Assembly (NCBI RefSeq): GCF_000175255.2
Contig: NC_017262.1
Span: 1,380,001 to 1,412,000, forward strand
DNA from: Zymomonas mobilis subsp. mobilis ATCC 10988
GTDB taxonomy: Bacteria; Pseudomonadota; Alphaproteobacteria; Sphingomonadales; Sphingomonadaceae
Reading direction: 5' to 3'
DNA: 32,000 nucleotides
Each line of letters opens with the position of its first letter. Position 1 is the stretch's first letter. A model generated the notes under the pieces. The model had not been told where the DNA came from. It made no database searches and saw nothing but the letters and a program-made list of their open reading frames with translations. The translations under genes and the position numbers were made by a program. Shown here in pieces: positions 28,260-32,000 of this stretch.

Positions 28260-28448
28260 CCTCTTTCTAAGGGATAATATGGAAGAAGTTTTATTGAGAA
28301 GAAAGCGCTTTCTAGTTCTTTTTTATCGAGAAAGAATTTAAATTCGAATAAAATTTTTAACATTATAAAAGAAATTAAATTATGATTTTAGTTAAAAATT
28401 TAAATTTTTCTGTTTCAGGCAAAGAAATACTGCATGATATCAATCTAG

Positions 28449-29293
28449 GCTCAGGACCTGTTAATTTCTTGAGTTGAGCGGGCTGTTGTGATTCACAGGT
28501 TTACCGATGGAGGTGAAGCTGTGAGTGACGTGTTTTTGCTGTCTGAGCACCAGATGGAACGGATTAAGCCGTTTTTTCCACTGGCGCATGGTGTGCCGCG
28601 TGTCGATGACCGTCGTGTCCTGAGCGGGATCGTTTACGTGATCCGCAACGGCCTTCAGTGGAAAGACGCCCCGAAAGCGTATGGCCCGCACAAGACTTTA
28701 TACAACCGGTTTATCCGGTGGAGCCGCCTGGGTGTCTTTGACCGGATCTTCGTCGCCCTGACGGAGCAGGCAGGCCGTTCAAAGCGTCTGATGATCGATG
28801 CAACACATCTGAAAGCACACCGGACAGCGGCCTCCCTGCTCAAAAAGGGGCTTTTCCCCGCCATATCGGACGCACGAAAGGCGGACTGAACTCAAAGCTT
28901 CACGCTGTATGCGATAGTCAGGGCCGCCCTGTCCGGCTGCATCTGACCGCAGGTCAGGTCAGTGACTTCAAAGGCGCGGATGTTCTGCTGGCAAATCTGC
29001 CGGAAGAAACACAAGAAATTCTCGGGGACCGGGGATACGACAGTAATAAAATCAGACAGTCTCTCGCAGACCGGAATATCACCGCCTGTATTCCGCCGAA
29101 GAAGAACCGGAAATCAAAGCCGCCTTACGACTGGCATCTGTATAAAAAGCGTCACCTCATCGAAAATATGTTCGCAAAGCTCAAAGACTGGCGGCGTGTC
29201 GCAACACGATACGACCGGTGCGCTCACACATTCATGTCAGCAATCCATATCGCAGCAAGTTTCATCTTCTATCTCAAAGAATGAGTCCTGAGC
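28449..29293 (+). mobile_element. IS5-family (IS427-like group) insertion sequence, 845 bp, CTAG target duplication
   Basis: Terminal inverted repeats GCTCAGGAC (28449-28457) / GTCCTGAGC (29285-29293) flanked by CTAG at 28445-28448 and 29294-29297; DDE transposase inside. Confidence 0.93.
28488..29284 (+). CDS. IS5-family DDE transposase in two frames (ORF A 28488-28889; ORF B to 29284)
   Basis: ORF A: SEHQMERIKPFFP...LMIDATHLKAHRTAASLLKKG. ORF B frame: RHIGRTKGGLNSKLHAVCD...LGDRGYDSNKIR...HLIENMFAKLKDWRRVATRYDR...IAASFIFYLKE*. Frame change at TTTTCCCC (~28852-28859). Confidence 0.9.
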
Positions 29294-29910
29294 CTAGAAT
29301 GGTCTTGTGGTATTCTTGCTATTGTCGGAGGAAACGGATCCGGTAAGTCAACATTATTGAGCTGTCTTTCATCTTCATTAAAAACAAGTGATCATTCCAT
29401 TTTTTGGAAAAATAAGCCTATAAATCAGCAACTCAGTAATTATCGCCGTTCTATAGGATGTGCACCTCAAGGTCGTAGTCTAGATTCTCATCTTACAGCC
29501 ATAGAATTTTTGTCTGCTTGTGCGGCTTTGCGTTGCCTTTATTCATCTCAAATGAAGGTAGAGATTGCTCATATTTTAAAAAATGTTGGATTATCTTCCC
29601 TTGCAGACAGGCCCTTAAATCATTTTTCAGGTGGTAATCTCCGAAAGATACTTATTGCTCAATCTTTATTAGGTAGTCCTGAATTACTTATTCTTGATGA
29701 GCCTACTTCAGAGGTCGATATCTCTGCCTCTGAAATGATATGGTCAAAATTAAAAAAATATTCTCAAAATCACGCTGTAATTATTGCCAGCCATGATCTG
29801 CCTTCTGTCGTGAAATATGCTGATAAAATAGCCGTTATGTCGGCAGGAAATTTATCACCGCTTGAATCTCCCGCAAATTTTGAAAAATATGAAAATGGGA
29901 TATTCGACCT

Positions 29911-31258
29911 ATGAATAGGTGTGTTTTAAAAACAGCGATGAGCTATGCGTATATATTGCTAATAAATACCATAAGAAAACCTATAGTTGTTTCTGCTCAT
30001 ATTATTATCGCTATTATTTGTGGTTTATTAATATTACCAAATCATAGCTACGAATATACAACATTCTCTATTTCCAATAAGGCTGTATTTTATAACCGAG
30101 ACAGTGTTATTGTAATAATAAGTAGCATGTTCTCCTTGGTATATCCTTTAATAGGGTTTTTATTAATTTCACCAACAATAAAAAGACCAATACCAGAAAA
30201 TCTTTTGTCTTCTTTTCCCGTTAAAAAAAATTACTTTTCTAATGGGGCATTTTATAGCCTCATTCATCCTTATCAGTCTTCATCTAATATTTATTACAGC
30301 TATAGGAAGCGTGAACAATCTTCCTTTTAATTTAATTTATCAAATCCCTTCTATAATAATTTCATGTTTTCTTATTTCTTGTCCCGCGCTTATTTTGACC
30401 TCTATCTCGGCTTCGATAGTAGAATATATTCCCTTTAATAATGATAAGACCCCATCCTTAATCTTAGTCGCCATCTGGCTTGTCTGGGTCTCTGCTATAG
30501 GCTTGAGTCTTAATGGGCAGGGATGGGATATTTCAGGCATAAAATTTCCTATTTTGAACATATTCCATCAGAGTAATGTCAATATCGGCTTTATTCCTAT
30601 AAAAAAATCGGCTGATTTTATTTCAAATTTTAATGAAATAAAATTCACAAAAATTTATTTTTTATACCAAATACTGATCTCTTTTATTGGAATAATGATT
30701 CTTTTTTTATTTGGAAAGCAAGAACTAGTATTAAAAATTACGACGTCAACTTCTCTTAAAACAGATTTTTCTCAAATAAAACCTAAAGGGTTTATCTCTT
30801 TATCCCCTCTCACAGCATGGACTATTCTGCTATCAAGATTAATATTCTTCCTTTTTCAAAGTAAAGTTAAGATTACTCTGGCCGCTCTGTTGCTGATTTT
30901 ACAATTGGTCACGCCGCCCCTTCTTTCCGAAAAAGCTTCATTAGTCGCTTGGGGACTCTATATCACGGAATGGTCTGGCCTAGGATATTTGGTCAAAGGC
31001 AAAGCGTTTGCTGTACTGGAATCGACGCTGCCTCTAGGCGGTTGGAAATGGAGTGGTGCTGCCATAGCTGCCATTAGTTTGCAAATGACACTTTTATCTT
31101 TGGGAGAAATGATTTTCTATCCTGCGACTATCCTTCCAAAATTTTTTCAGATTACCGCCGTCGCTTTTTTTGCTGTTTTCCTATTAAGAATAACCAGATC
31201 TAAAATACCCTTTTTAATAATAGCTATTACCCTATGGTATAGCATGGTAACATATTAA
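29911..31258 (+). pseudogene. ABC exporter permease-like integral membrane protein, frameshifted (two ORFs 29911-30330 and 30242-31258)
   Basis: Start overlaps the ATPase stop (ATGA). Removing one A from the A8 run at 30223-30230 joins ...NLLSSFPVKK to ITFLMGHFIASFILISLHLIFITAIG..., giving 448 aa (1348-1 = 1347 nt = 449 codons). Many TM segments. Confidence 0.8.
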
Positions 31259-32000
31259 CTAATTATTTGAGGAATAAAGCCTTCGATTTTCTACCCTCCG
31301 CTCACATCCCCGCGTCTCCATGCCTCGCATCCAAGGATGCTGGTCATTGGCCGAGTAACTGGCAATCATCACCGGCCTTCTTAAAAAAGGCGACTTTCCA
31401 TAGAAAACCAACCCGCCTCGTTTTTCTAAAAGACAGCGGTCTATTTTCAATCTCTTGGGACGACATGACGCAGGGAGATAGCCTGAACTGATAACCCAAT
31501 CATTTTGGCTACATTCTTCAGGTGATAACCCTGCCGCTTTGCCTTTTATCGCTAGCAAATTATAATGTTGCTGCGCCAAAGCGATTTCACAAAATCCCTT
31601 TTGACAAAGATTTGTCCCGAAAAGTCGTTTTTCTTCTTCTTGGTCAAAGCCAATCAAATTCGCGATTTGATCCTGACTATAACTATCCTTTTCAGGCCAA
31701 ATAAACTGATAAGGCTGCTTGGGATTGTCGGTTTTAAAAGCTATTGTTTTGCCATCCCGACTGATAACCCAATCTGGCCTTGGGTTGAGGATAATCATCA
31801 GTACACCCAAGACCAAAGGCACAACACCCCATAACCGCCATGATGTTTTCCACAATCCTAACCACAACCAGCTAGCCATCATAAAGAGGCATAACCAAGC
31901 CCCGATCATCGGCAGCATAAAACCCGCCATGGGCAGAGATGCGACGTAATGGGCAATCGCAAGCAACAACCGAATGGATTGATCGGTTACCCACCAAAAA
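31259..32000 (-). CDS. ComEC/Rec2-like competence protein, C-terminal part (runs off the right edge)
   Basis: IAHYVASLPMAGFMLPMIGAWLCLFMMASWLWLGLWKTSWRLWGVVPLVLGVLMIILNPRPDWVISRDGKTIAFK resembles the end of alphaproteobacterial ComEC. The reading frame has no clear start inside the window. Confidence 0.7.
   Translation of the reverse strand, partial: FWWVTDQSIRLLLAIAHYVASLPMAGFMLPMIGAWLCLFMMASWLWLGLWKTSWRLWGVVPLVLGVLMIILNPRPDWVISRDGKTIAFKTDNPKQPYQFIWPEKDSYSQDQIANLIGFDQEEEKRLFGTNLCQKGFCEIALAQQHYNLLAIKGKAAGLSPEECSQNDWVISSGYLPASCRPKRLKIDRCLLEKRGGLVFYGKSPFLRRPVMIASYSANDQHPWMRGMETRGCERRVENRRLYSSNN

Larger units (their letters stand above)
28382..29914 (+). pseudogene. ABC transporter ATP-binding protein, interrupted by an IS element
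   Basis: Exons 28382-28448 and 29298-29914. Removing the IS plus one CTAG copy restores MILVKNLNFSVSGKEILHDINLEWSCGILAIVGGNGSGKSTLLSCLSSS...HFSGGNLRKILIAQSLLGSPELLILDEPTSEVD... in one frame (684 nt, 227 aa). Confidence 0.93.

Noticed and set aside
28461-28864. Minus-strand ORFs inside the IS as possible passenger genes
   Set aside because: Antisense to transposase ORF A; no independent support and no room in an 845-bp element.
28962-29291. 109-aa ORF MTSKARMFCWQICRKKHKKF... inside the IS
   Set aside because: Wrong frame; the overlapping frame encodes recognisable transposase ORF B ending at 29284.

Overview
This window looks like the replication-origin neighbourhood of an alphaproteobacterial chromosome. 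Gene content and order suggest a Sphingomonadales/Zymomonas-like genome, but that assignment is inference. It has an AT-rich tract plus a dense DnaA-box cluster (putative oriC, ~340-1180), then hemE, hemJ, rho, an oxidoreductase/hydrolase pair, ogt-like, mnmE, a TonB-dependent receptor, an aldo/keto reductase, an SMP-30-like protein, mnmG, rsmG, parA and parB, with two near-consensus parS sites. Further on are an MFS transporter, a secreted hypothetical protein, a LysR/LysE/ornithine-cyclodeaminase basic amino-acid module (cyclodeaminase frameshifted), panC-panB, a Sel1-repeat protein, a class A beta-lactamase, and an ABC exporter operon. That operon's ATPase gene is split by an 845-bp IS5-family element with CTAG target duplication, and its permease gene carries a frameshift near an A8 run. 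The window ends in the C-terminus of a ComEC-like protein. The most useful findings are: the oriC/DnaA-box/GANTC architecture; a satellite DnaA-box hairpin 3.2 kb away; the parS pair; an unannotated degenerate YciI-like gene; the base-precise reconstruction of the IS-interrupted ABC ATPase; and small peptide ORFs just upstream of the exporter. I see no CRISPR array, rRNA or tRNA, and nothing I can defend as an entirely new type of system.
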